DNA of 64,000 bases from Eledone cirrhosa (lineage: Eukaryota). Positions 12,537 through 23,628 of this stretch are shown here, piece after piece (positions within the stretch are counted from its first letter, which is position 1; each line of letters starts with the position of its first letter). The notes under the pieces were generated by a model. It was not told where the DNA came from. It did not search any database and saw nothing but the letters and a program-made list of their open reading frames with translations. The translations under genes and the position numbers were made by a program. The stretch is taken from assembly GCA_964016885.1 (NCBI GenBank), contig OZ024750.1:1984001-2048000 (forward strand). The letters run 5' to 3'.

Positions 12537-13747
12537 CTTATCTCCCTATTGCTTGAGCAATAATAACGATGTCAGATGCAATAAATCAATTTTGATAATT
12601 ATGCCCGAAAGAATTTCTCAAAGAAACTAAAACCACAACAGGTTGCTTTGGTTGCTTGGTTGCTTTTTTTTTTCCGTTTAAAACTAAACAAACGCGACGA
12701 CAGAATGCAGGCTGCAGGTTTTGACTTTAATGCCAAGCAGCCAGAGACTTCATTAGAACATTAGAAGTTTGTCATCCACTACAATTCAACTCCGAACGAG
12801 AGTGACCATGAAGCGCATAGTATGAGGAGTGATGACTACAGTAGTTTAAGGGTGTGTGTATAAGAGTGTGCGTGCATCTGTCTACATCAGTGTGTGTGTG
12901 TGAGCTTATGCGTATATATGTACAGGCATATATATATATATATATATATTATTATTATGCAACCTCTTGCTCCTATATTTAACCTGAGAGACGGACTGGT
13001 CTTCTAGGGTAAGATTTTAAATGCTATAAGTATAATTGTTAGAAATTTAATCCCTGATTTTAAAAATACCGAAAAAGATCAAACATCTTTTACTTTCTCT
13101 ATGATTTTATCATTTTTATTTGCACAAAAACTGAAACTAGTAAGCAAGCTCACCTTTTTATACAATCAATTAATTCTTCCAATCTTGGGTCTTTTTTCGA
13201 AGATGGTCGAAATTTTCAGCATTTTTCTGGATTTATTTTTTGAAAAGGTAACAGGAGGGGTTATGCATCACGAGGATTTAAACAAGTTTTCAATGTGTTG
13301 CCATTAATTATAATTAATATCGATTTTATTTTTTAAATTTAAGCACAAGATCAAACATTTTAAAGAAGACTATAGTCATTTGAATTGATATCGTAGTATA
13401 TTACTGGTATTTATTTTATCGAATCTTTAAGGGTGACAGGTATAGTGGATGAAGGTGGAATTGGAACTCAGTGTGTAGAGTGACTACTGGAAAAAACATT
13501 TTGTCCTTTATTAAGTCTACATGAATATTTAATCAGGTAAATAAATATTTCAGGTGAACATTTATTTGAGATATTCAAATTCTTTCATAGCAGCACGATA
13601 CTCCTCAAAGTATGTATGTGGTCCTGTGACTCCCAAGGGAGTTGCAGGGACGCTGTATCAACATAGGGTGTTTCTAGGGAATTGTTTTTAACCTGGTGGA
13701 GCCCATCTCTTCTCCAGGTGTGAATACAGTAGATTTCTTCCAGAGAA

Positions 13748-13825
<78 letters not shown>

Positions 13826-13967
13826 GAAGAATCAACCCCAGTACTTGACTGGTACTTTTATTATTGATTGAAAAGGATGAAAGGAAAATTTAACCTCAGC
13901 GGGATTTGAACTGAGATAGCAGAGAGCCGAAATGGATACCATAAAGCATTCTCTCCTGCGTTCTAGC

Positions 13968-14270
13968 AATGCTTTTTGTTGTCACCAGCATGCCCACCTT
14001 ACAGAGTGGACTGGGTGCTTTTTTTCGAGTCACCAGCATCACCACCTTACAGGGTGGACTGGGTGCTTTTTGTTGTCACCAATATGACCACCTTACAGGG
14101 TGGACTGGGTGCTTTTTGTCATATCACCAACATGACCACCTTGCAGGGTGGACTGGGTGCTTTTTGTAATGTCACCAACATGACCATCTTGCAGGGTGGA
14201 CTGGGTGCTTTTTTTCATGTCACCAATATGACCACCTTGCAGGGTGGACTGGGTGCTTTTTGTCATGTCA
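13968..14270 (+). repeat. ~48-bp minisatellite (RTE-tail derived)
   Basis: GTCACCAACATGACCACCTTGCAGGGTGGACTGGGTGCTTTTTGTCAT, about 6 copies. Confidence 0.9.
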
Positions 14271-15039
14271 AAAAAAGACAGTATATAAACATTGAAAAGT
14301 GAAGTATCCAAATATCTCTTGCCACTCTCAATACAGTGAACCAATGTTGAGTTCATTTCACTTCTCTTTCATTTCATACATCCAATGAAACTATTGTTTA
14401 TAAATATCTTCTTCTTCATCGTGAGCCATCCCTCTTTCGAAGATGAACCATTCATTTTGCCTTTTTCTAATGGCTGAAATATATGCAGTTTGCCACACCT
14501 AAACATCCATGCCTCCGATGTTGCTCAAAGGAAAGGCAATGTCCAATACAGCTTGGCCCAGAGACATCACAACTCATTTCTACAGCTGAGTAAACTGGAG
14601 CAATGTGAAATAAAGTGTCTTGCTCAACAACACATCACCCGGTCCAAGAATCAAACTTACAACCTCCCGATTGCAAGCCCAATGCTCTAACCACTAAGCC
14701 ACTAATGTCTTCATGATAAATCATATATAACAAAAAAAGGAATATTTTTATGTTGATAAGTATCTTTCTCATTTGATATTGTCCAACTATAGAAGAACAA
14801 TAAAAATTTCTAAATCGGAAACAATTCCACCCCAAATAACAACAACACAGATATTACATTTTAATCCTTGCTTTGACAATGATATTATAATGATCACCAC
14901 CATGGCTACCACCAGCATAAGCTTCTCTCTCTCTCTCTCTCACTGTATCTCCCTCACTCTTCTACTCTGTGAATCCCTATACAAAGTTGTCTTTTTCGAT
15001 CCCTTGCTTTCAAACTACTCCCATATGAAATAGTAAACA

Positions 15040-15551
15040 GACATTACGTAATGTCCTTGAACAGGTGGAAGTAACCAGCTTTGAGGACATGCTACTGAAG
15101 TCCCAAGTATGCTGGGCAGGGCACATCTTCAGGATAAAGGATCATCACCTGCCCAGGATCTCACTGTATGGTGAGCCCTAGCCATTGCAACAGGGGAAGG
15201 GCACCAAGGAGCAATTCAATGACTGTTTGAAACAAATCCCTTAATGCTTGTGACATCAACCATCACTGGAGGTCCCCCCTAGCTAAGGTCTGTGATGTCT
15301 GGCATCTCACCATCAATCATGCTGTATCCTCCTTCAAAAACACCCACAGGGCCACCCTCGAGGACAAAAGGTTCACAAAGAAGAACCACAACACCACATC
15401 ATCAAACCCTGACATTCAGCTACTGCTGCTGTGGTCATACCTACCTGTCCTGCTTTGTCCTTGACAGCTATGAGCATTCCTGCAGTCAATGTGAACCACT
15501 CCCTTCTTAATCTTTGTTTGCAAAGTGAAACCATGATAATGATGATGATGA
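15040..15551 (+). mobile_element. Decayed 3' fragment of RTE-clade LINE
   Basis: VLEQ..TSFEDMLLKSQVCWAGHIFRIKDHHLPRISLYGE (cf. QLRWAGHV.RM.D.RLPK..LYGE), (GAT)n tail. Confidence 0.75.
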
Positions 15552-16098
15552 TATATAAATATATACATACAAAATCAAGAACAGAACACTAGACAGGGAA
15601 AGTTGTTGACACTTTTATGAATTAAGCAATATATTGCAAATGATTCAATAACAATATCAGGTGTGTTTTCATGATCCTTTAACCCACCTGTTAAAATTTG
15701 TAGGTGTATGAGGCTTTGAAAATCTCTTTTTTACATAACTAATTATGAAAAACTTCATAAACAAAATGAGAAACCAGTTCTTTTTCAATCAAAAGAAGTC
15801 AAACTAGTTATAAAAAGAGTTGTTTTACCTGTATAGCTCATTTATATGTCCAGGTTTATTTTAAGGAATTTTTAAAACTGCCCAAATCTTTGAGGCAAGT
15901 GCCATGACCAAGTATTTGATATTCTCTGAGTATGAGATTCATTTGCAGGGGATATTTTTAACATTTTATGAGTGTTTCAATTTTTTTAACCACCTTTTAC
16001 TATGTAAGTGCTTGTAGTATTTGACACAAAATTAGATTTAGAATTACACAAGCAAGGATCAACTGCATGTTAAAATAATCACTGCTATATTTAACTAT

Positions 16099-16345
16099 GG
16101 AGGCACGTGGCCTTGTGGTAAGGGTGTTGGACTGATGATAACAATGTCGTGGATTTGATTCCTGGGCATGTTATGTTCTTGAGCAAAACACTTCATTTCA
16201 CATTGCTCCAGTATACTCAACTGAAAATGAGTTCCAGTAATAGCTGGAGGTTTAACCCTGCGATGGACTGGAATCCTGTCCAGGGAGAAGTCTTGTACTC
16301 TCATTCGCTTCACACCATGAAACCGGGATAAGCACCAGGCTAACA
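16099..16345 (+). mobile_element. SINE family B variant with V-SINE-like domain
   Basis: Core followed by AACCCTGCGATGGACTGG..CCTGTCCAGGG..GAAACCGGGATAAG; inverted relative at 41310-41990 split by an RTE 3' end. Confidence 0.7.
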
Positions 16346-16749
16346 AGCCTTCTGGCTTAACTCTTTAGTATTTAAACTAACCATATTCGGCCAGAATTCT
16401 CTCACCTCTTTCTGTTCAAACTAGCCATAACTGGCTGCTTATACTGATGTTAAAGTATTGTTCTCAAAATAAATAACATCAAAATCTCATAGATTCGATA
16501 TTATGTAAATGCTAAAGGGTTAAGACATATTTTAGACTTTAGATATGTAACTATTCATTGATAAAATGGATGTCAAAGGGGACGAGTTGTCCTATTTGAG
16601 GCCAGTCAGGTCAGGTGACTGTGTCTTGCTCATATAGAACTATTTCTGGATAGATTTCTATAGTTGGATGCCCTTCCTAATACTAACCACATTTACAGTG
16701 TGTATTGGATCCTTTTTGTCATGACACCTACACAACCACTTTACTCACA

Positions 16750-17990
16750 AGGTGGGCACTCTGAAAGGTAGATCTAGAGAAATTGTTCAGTTACTTGAGA
16801 GAAGACAAGTGGATATATGTTGTGTTGAAGAGGTGGGATGGAGGGGTTGCCTCAACATGACTATTCACAGCCAAACTGCACAAATATAAATTTTTCTGTG
16901 TAGAATACAATGGGTAGGAAGAGTCAGCATTTTACAAGCTGAGAAATGGATAAATAAGTTAATCAATATAGAGTAAGTGACAACAATTATCAAACTCAGA
17001 ATAGTCACAGATAATAGAATGATAACAATTATCTCTAACTATGCATCAGAAGCAGGATTAAGTAAGGAACCCCTAGAGGCGAGCTCTGTTATAGATGACA
17101 GAGGCCTCATTATATCAGCTGGTGACTTCAATGAACAAGTTAACCCTTTAACATCTAAGCCGGCTGTATCCAGCCAGAATTCTCTCATCTCATTCTGTTC
17201 AAATTGGCCATAACTAGCCACTCATACTGACATTAAGGTATTGTTCTCAAAATAAATAACATTAAAATCTCATAAATTCAATATTATGTGAGATAAAGCC
17301 TTTCCCACAAAATACAATAGTATATATAGAATAATATAGATGCTAAAGGGTTAAGCAGCACCAGGATGGATACACTGGAGTACACAAGAGGATATGGTTA
17401 TGGCATGAGAAATGAAGAGGAGCAAGACTCCTAGAATTCTGAACTATTTGTAACACTAACTTCAGTATACTGGTTACTCCCCTGATCACTACCAATCAGG
17501 CAAACACACAAGCCAGATTAATTTGTTTTACTAGTTAAAAACCATGACAGACAGATGCTTGTGATTGCCAGGAGAAGTCCCTCTCAATAGAAGAATGCAC
17601 CACAGACCACAATAAGTTTGTTACTTGTGACATCAGAATAAGCACAATGCAGAACAAGAAGTACAAGAAAATGTGAAAGAGGAGAGTATAGAAGGTAAAA
17701 TACACTTTTAAATATAGATTTTGAAAAGCTCCATGTAATAGATATGACAAGAGGAGGGGAGGACTTCGATACATATGACAGAGATGACTATTGGAAGTTT
17801 CTATGAGATAACTTACTGCTAGTTACTAATGAGACTTGTGGCTAGAGCAAAACATGGGATGTGACTGTCGGGACAGGTGTAGGATGGAGAAAAATAAAGC
17901 AACCATGCTTCATTGGATGTGTGAGGCAGAGCTTGGATGAACAGAGGGAAAAACTGGGTTTAAGAGGAATCCATGCATAATGCGGATACA
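16750..17990 (+). mobile_element. Decayed RTE LINE (AP-endonuclease region) interrupted by a TTAA MITE
   Basis: Remnants VDICCVEE, IISNYA, AGDFN, GYGYGMRNEE with stops and frameshifts. Confidence 0.7.
17144..17350 (+). mobile_element. TTAA-flanked piggyBac-like MITE (representative full copy)
   Basis: TTAA|CCCTTTA.CAT ... ATGCTAAAGGG|TTAA; other copies at 2256-2445, 3327-3498, 5894-6062, 16361-16519, 26805-26889, 63016-63200. Confidence 0.85.
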
Positions 17991-18866
17991 TTTGTCAAGA
18001 CAATATCTTACCTGTGGCACCTGTGACGTCACAACTCATTTCTACAGCTGAGTAAACCGGAGTAACATGAAATAAAGTGTCTTGCTCAAGGACACAACGC
18101 ATCACCTGGTCCGAAAATCGAACTTACAACCTTTCAATTGCAAGCTCAATGCTCTAATCACTAAGCCATGTGCTTTCACTATGCAATATCTTGAGGAAAT
18201 GAGTATACACAGATTATATTGCAGTAATTATTCAAAAGGAAAGAAAAAAAACAACACACATTCATCCCAAGGTATTTTATATAATATACGGGTATAAAGA
18301 GATTGTACACTGAGTCGTTAGAACGTCGGGTGGAAGGCTTTGCGGTATTAGTCCCCGCTCTCTAAGTTCAAATCATGCTGATATCAACTTTGTCTTTTAT
18401 CCTTTCGAGTTCGATAAAAAAAAATGTACCAGTCCAATATTGGAACTGATTCTCTTCCTTTATATTTTTCTCGCTTCTTCTTCTTCTTCAGAAAACAGAG
18501 ACAGGTAATCGAAGTAATAAGTAACTAGGAGAAATAAGTATATTAACTAGACAGATCTAGTAAATGTAATAGCCAAATATAACGTTATACGTAAGAATAT
18601 ATTTTGAACACTGTATTACACTAAGAGAAAATAACTCTTGCATTTAGTGAGGGGAAATAACTCTTACACTAGATTAGTGATGGAAGTTCGATAAAGAGCG
18701 GCTAAATCTTCCACGGAATAATTAATATCGTCTTTTAAATAGAGAACATGTTGGGTAAAATAATTAAAATGGGCATAGATATATTATACCTAGAAAAACT
18801 GAGTGGTTACAGCCTATGGTTGTAGGTGTGCGTCATTAAGGGGAACCTGGGGCTATATGATACATA

Positions 18867-19058
18867 CGAAGTCGGATGAAAAGTTCATAGGCTGACCAAG
18901 ATACTCTCATGAAATGACCAAATGAGGTTCATTCTTCAACATAGTCCTCGGAAAGAAACAATGCAGTTATTAATTAGTTGAAATTAATGCATGTAAGAAT
19001 TCAAAGCTCTAGCATTAATCCTTCATAGTCAGACTATCAGCATTTCAACCGACCCTCG
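18867..19058 (+). mobile_element. Mariner-type MITE (~200 bp, TA TSD)
   Basis: TIRs CGAGGGTCGGCTGAAAAGTTCATAGGCTGAC / GTCAGCCTATGAACTTTTCAGCCGACCCTCG (consensus across copies), flanked by TA. Confidence 0.85.
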
Positions 19059-19489
19059 TAAAGCTATCACTTAAATGTAACTAGAAGGATACTCCGGCAT
19101 TGCATGGGAAACAAAACAGTCATTTGGTAGACAATTTGATGAATTATTCATAATTATAGTAGAATTGTTTCTACCACAATGTTTATAATAACAACAAAAA
19201 AAAAGAATAACGTTTATATCATCTAAAAAACAATGTCCACTACAACCAAAATCATATATCGACTCTCGATCACAAAGTCCTGAGTTCAATTCCCAGTGAC
19301 ACGTTGTGTCCTTGAGCAAGACACTTTATTTCTTGCTGCTCCAGTCTACTAAGCTGGTAGAAAAATGAGTTTTACCTGTTATTTAATGAACTGGCCTTAT
19401 CACATCATATAGTGAATCAAATTATTGGAAGGGTTTAAGCCCCAAAAGCCCCTTAGCGAAGAAATTGCCTTATACGAGTAGTATGTATT

Positions 19490-19730
19490 TACATGCTTTG
19501 CAGCTTAGAGTTACGGCCCTTTACGATCTGAGTTCAAATCCCACAGGTTAGATTGACAGTATTGGTAGAGCGTTGGACAACATGATTTGCAGCATAGAGA
19601 TACGGCCCTTTATGTTCTGAGTTCAAATCCTGCCGAGGTTAACTTTGCCTTTCATCCTGACGGGGTCGATAAAAATAAAGTACCAGTAATACACTGGGGT
19701 AATGCCTTGTGCCAAAATTAGAAACAATTA
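19490..19730 (+). mobile_element. SINE family A with duplicated head
   Basis: Two GAGTTCAAATCC heads followed by core and tail. Confidence 0.75.
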
Positions 19731-19780
19731 TTTATTTACATGTTTTTTATATTCTAAATATCTACCATTACATATCTACG

Positions 19781-20138
19781 TTATTGTTGTTGTTGTTACT
19801 GTTGTTGCTGTCGTTGTTACTGTTGTTGTTGCTGTTATTGTTGTTGTTGTTACTGTTGTTGCTGTCGTTGTTACTGTTGTTGTTGCTGTTATTGTTGTTG
19901 TTGTCGCCTTCGTTGTTGTTACTGTTGTTGCTGTCGTTGTTACTGTTGTTGTTGCTGTTATTGTTGTTGTTGTTACTGTTGTTGCTGTCGTTGTTACTGT
20001 TGTTGTTGCTGTTATTGTTGTTGTTGACGCCTTCGTTGTTGTTGTTACTGTTGTTGCTGTCGTTGTTACTGTTGTTGTTGTTGTTACTGTTGTTGTTGTC
20101 GCCTTCGTTGTTGCTGTTGCTGTTGTTGTTGTTGCTAC
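19781..20138 (+). repeat. Compound (GTT)n microsatellite with higher-order units
   Basis: Direct observation. Confidence 0.9.
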
Positions 20139-20303
20139 TAAAGGTATTATTTACAGCAGATTAACACAAAACATTGTTGTATTAAATCATTATGTCAGTG
20201 ATTTAGACTGCTAATCACATTAAATCTCAATAATTCTCAATACTAATTCAATATAAATCCTTTTATCTCTTTCTAGATTTCATTCTCTCTCCTCCACCAT
20301 ATG

Positions 20304-20501
20304 CAAGGGTAGGCTGAAAACTTCGTAAGCTGACTATGAACGAGTGATGCTAGAGCTGTGAAATCTTGCATGCATTAATTTCAGCTCTTCTTATTAATAA
20401 CTGCATTGTTTCTTTCTTAATGACTATGTTGAAAAATAAAACTCATTTGGTCATTCCATGAGAGTACCTTGGTCAGCCCATTAAATTTTCAGCCGACCCT
20501 C

Positions 20502-20502
<1 letters not shown>
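20304..20502 (-). mobile_element. Mariner-type MITE copy
   Basis: Same family, inverted. Confidence 0.85.
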
Positions 20503-20593
<91 letters not shown>

Positions 20594-20760
20594 AGATTCA
20601 GGACCCCGACGGCTCTACTCCGGGCATTTCGCTGTCGAAACGGCCGAAGCTCAGCCGTTGGGGTCCTGACTCTTTTCTTATTACCCACTCTACTACCCTA
20701 AGTATTGAGTACTCTGGTGCGTTATGGTCCATCTGGTATCTTACCACACCCTCTTTGTTG

Positions 20761-20895
<135 letters not shown>

Positions 20896-21161
20896 GTGTC
20901 CCCCAAAAAATATATGCACACTTTTACTAGAATGCTGTTGAATGTTGAAGTGTGTATACATTTTTAGGGACACCCTGTGTGTGTATATATATATATGTAA
21001 TAGGTTGATTAGACACTACCTTGTTAACAAGTGTTTTTTAAGTATCATATCATGCCTCCCTATTTTATCTGATAAGAACGCAAATATCGTCCCAGGATGA
21101 TATTTGTTTTTGAAATGCTCATAATAAAATACATGAAACTTTTTTAACCATCTTTTAATTT

Positions 21162-21248
<87 letters not shown>

Positions 21249-21286
21249 ACCCGGGTGTGTATGATTGTGTATAGAAGATTATATTA

Positions 21287-21368
<82 letters not shown>

Positions 21369-21974
21369 ACCACAGATTCCCCCGTCGACAAAAATATATC
21401 ATTATATACATTGAAATATTAACAGTAGTAATTGTAATGTAGTCTGTACAAGTTGATGATGCTGATTGCTGCATAATATATCCCCCCCCCCGAGTTATCT
21501 CCCTTAGCCAACACTCGTTATTCCAATATTTAAATGTGACCTCGTGTTTTGCCTTTTGTTGTTTGGAACAAGCGGAAGAAAATTTAGTAATTACAATTTT
21601 TTTTAAAACTTCCTTCACTTTTCTTGTGTTTATATAATCTTGCAAATCAAGTTAAACGAATATTTTTCCTCTCGAATTTTTATTATTTGTAAACAAATAT
21701 TTTTGACGTATTCTAATTGTTTTCTGTATTCGTTTTATAACTTGTAATTATAGTTGTATAAATTTACAGAAGAATAATGTTGTAAATATGTTTTGAATAT
21801 ATACATAAATAACATAAATGTGTAGATAACATCAAAGATTGCTCGTAGTTCGTTCAGGACAAATATGTCTAAACCATGTATAATAACACAATAATATAAA
21901 TTCATTAAACAATAATGATAAAGGAAAGAAAGTTGGAGTGGAATTTACCGCCACGTGCGACAATCGGCAACATC

Positions 21975-22225
21975 TCACCCTTGGGAAGCAAGGCATTCTG
22001 AGTATGGTAGGTGTCTGATGCAGGGTATGCGCTTGGTTGCACGTCTCTGAACAGTTTCCAGGCGGTCAATGTTCTGAGCAAGATAGGGGTTCCAGACTGA
22101 TGATGCGAATTCCAAGTGTGGTCGTACCATAGCTGTATACAGTTTTAAATAGATGGCTGGAGAGCGGCTAACAAAGGTCTTGCTGAGTGATGCCAAGACA
22201 CCCTCGGCCTTCTTGACAATCTTAG
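21975..22225 (-). mobile_element. CR1/L2-group LINE ORF2 C-terminal fragment
   Basis: LYTAMVRPHLEFASSVWNP....IDRLETVQRRATK motif. Confidence 0.85.
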
Positions 22226-23194
22226 ATAACAATCTTAAATAACAGCCAACCCTTAAAATGATATCCTACCGTCTTATAAGTGGTCACGTTTGATAATTTA
22301 TACCTTGATTTAGTATGCCTATATATGTATTAAAAAAAGAGGACGGTAACAGTTGAAATGCCGTTACCCATATAGCTTTATTGGTCAAGATATTTATGGC
22401 TAAACCAAGAGCAGAAAAATTATCTTTGGAGCCAGTAATGATTTTATAGCTTGCGAGCCAAAACATAATAAAACTACGATCATACAAGACTATAAAAATA
22501 GCAGGTTTTTATTATAAATGTTTAACAAGAAATGTAAAAAATAACGAAAAAGAGCTTATTTTTAACATCGTTTTATTAGGTTAATAAAACTATTTCTTTA
22601 GCTAAGCCACGAAGAGCTCGGACACAGAATGTTTGCATATAACTTACTTAATCAATGAAGTTCAAAGGTCGAGAGAAGGAACGATAAGAATAAAGCTACA
22701 GGTAGGATTTATCCTGTATGTTGTAATTTGCCGAATCCATGGCTGAACAATAACTACTTACATAATATTGTCTCAATATAATATATATTGAGTTGTCGTT
22801 CCTGTTAGTACTATTAATATTATTGTTGTGACAAATGCCAAAATGATAGGAGACTGGACAACGTGAGAAAACTCTCTCTGGAATGTAGAACTCCAGGTGC
22901 AAGCTGCCCCGTCGACCCAGCGGTGGGAATGAAGAAAACTTTGCCCTGGCTGTTGGTGAGACGTAAAACAAGATAATGATGATGATAAACACTTTAAATC
23001 AAGCAGCTTTGTATCACAGAACCTGGGGCTGTTTTATAACGAAAGGGTTAAGATAGTGTTTGAAACATAACATAAGAAAGGGGTGGTTTGGTATCAAAGG
23101 GGTTAATGAATTATTCCTGATACTTTTGAACAACTCGAATGCTCACATTTGACAATATTTTCTCTCTCTCTCTCTTTTTTTTTTCCTTCACCCA

Positions 23195-23415
23195 CTTATT
23201 CCTGACAGGGGGGGGGGGGAGAGTCCTCAAACACACCCTCCAGTGGGTCCTGTCAGAAGCAACCATCTCCAACTGATTTGGCTGGATCCCCAAGTGAGAC
23301 CAGCCAAGTTCATGGATGTTATCCGACCATCTTGCTCAGGGTCTACCCCTGGGTCTCCTATCAGTTGGTTTCGCCCCTAAAATCTGTCCAGCGATTCTTT
23401 CCTGAGACACATTCT
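23195..23415 (-). mobile_element. LINE 3' fragment (RTE-like) with (GAA)n-type tail family
   Basis: RGRP...W....VASDRTHWR remnant; same 3' end at 31240-31310 and at 38436-38575, the latter with a long (TTC)n. Confidence 0.6.
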
Positions 23416-23477
23416 AATCCTTGATTTTCCGTTTATTGTTTATATTTAAAATTCTAGAATTTCCCCATACCTGAAAA

Positions 23478-23628
23478 ATGAAATACTTGAAGCCTCCTGA
23501 AGACAACCAGGCTTATTCAGAAAAGGTTCATCCTGTTGAAACCAGACCAATAACTGAATGGAAGGCACCAGATGGTGGTTGGGGCTGGTTTGTAGTTCTT
23601 GCTAGTGCCCTTACACATGCCATAATTG
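23478..23628 (+). CDS. SLC16: SLC16 coding exon 1
   Basis: PDGGWGW motif; G|GTGAGT donor; upstream acceptor at 23457 implies a 5' UTR exon. Confidence 0.9.

Noticed and set aside
20598-20670. Twister or HDV-like ribozyme
   Set aside because: The conserved twister (UAA, GCCGGUCCCAAGCCCGG) and HDV pseudoknot elements are absent; a simple fold-back explains the sequence.
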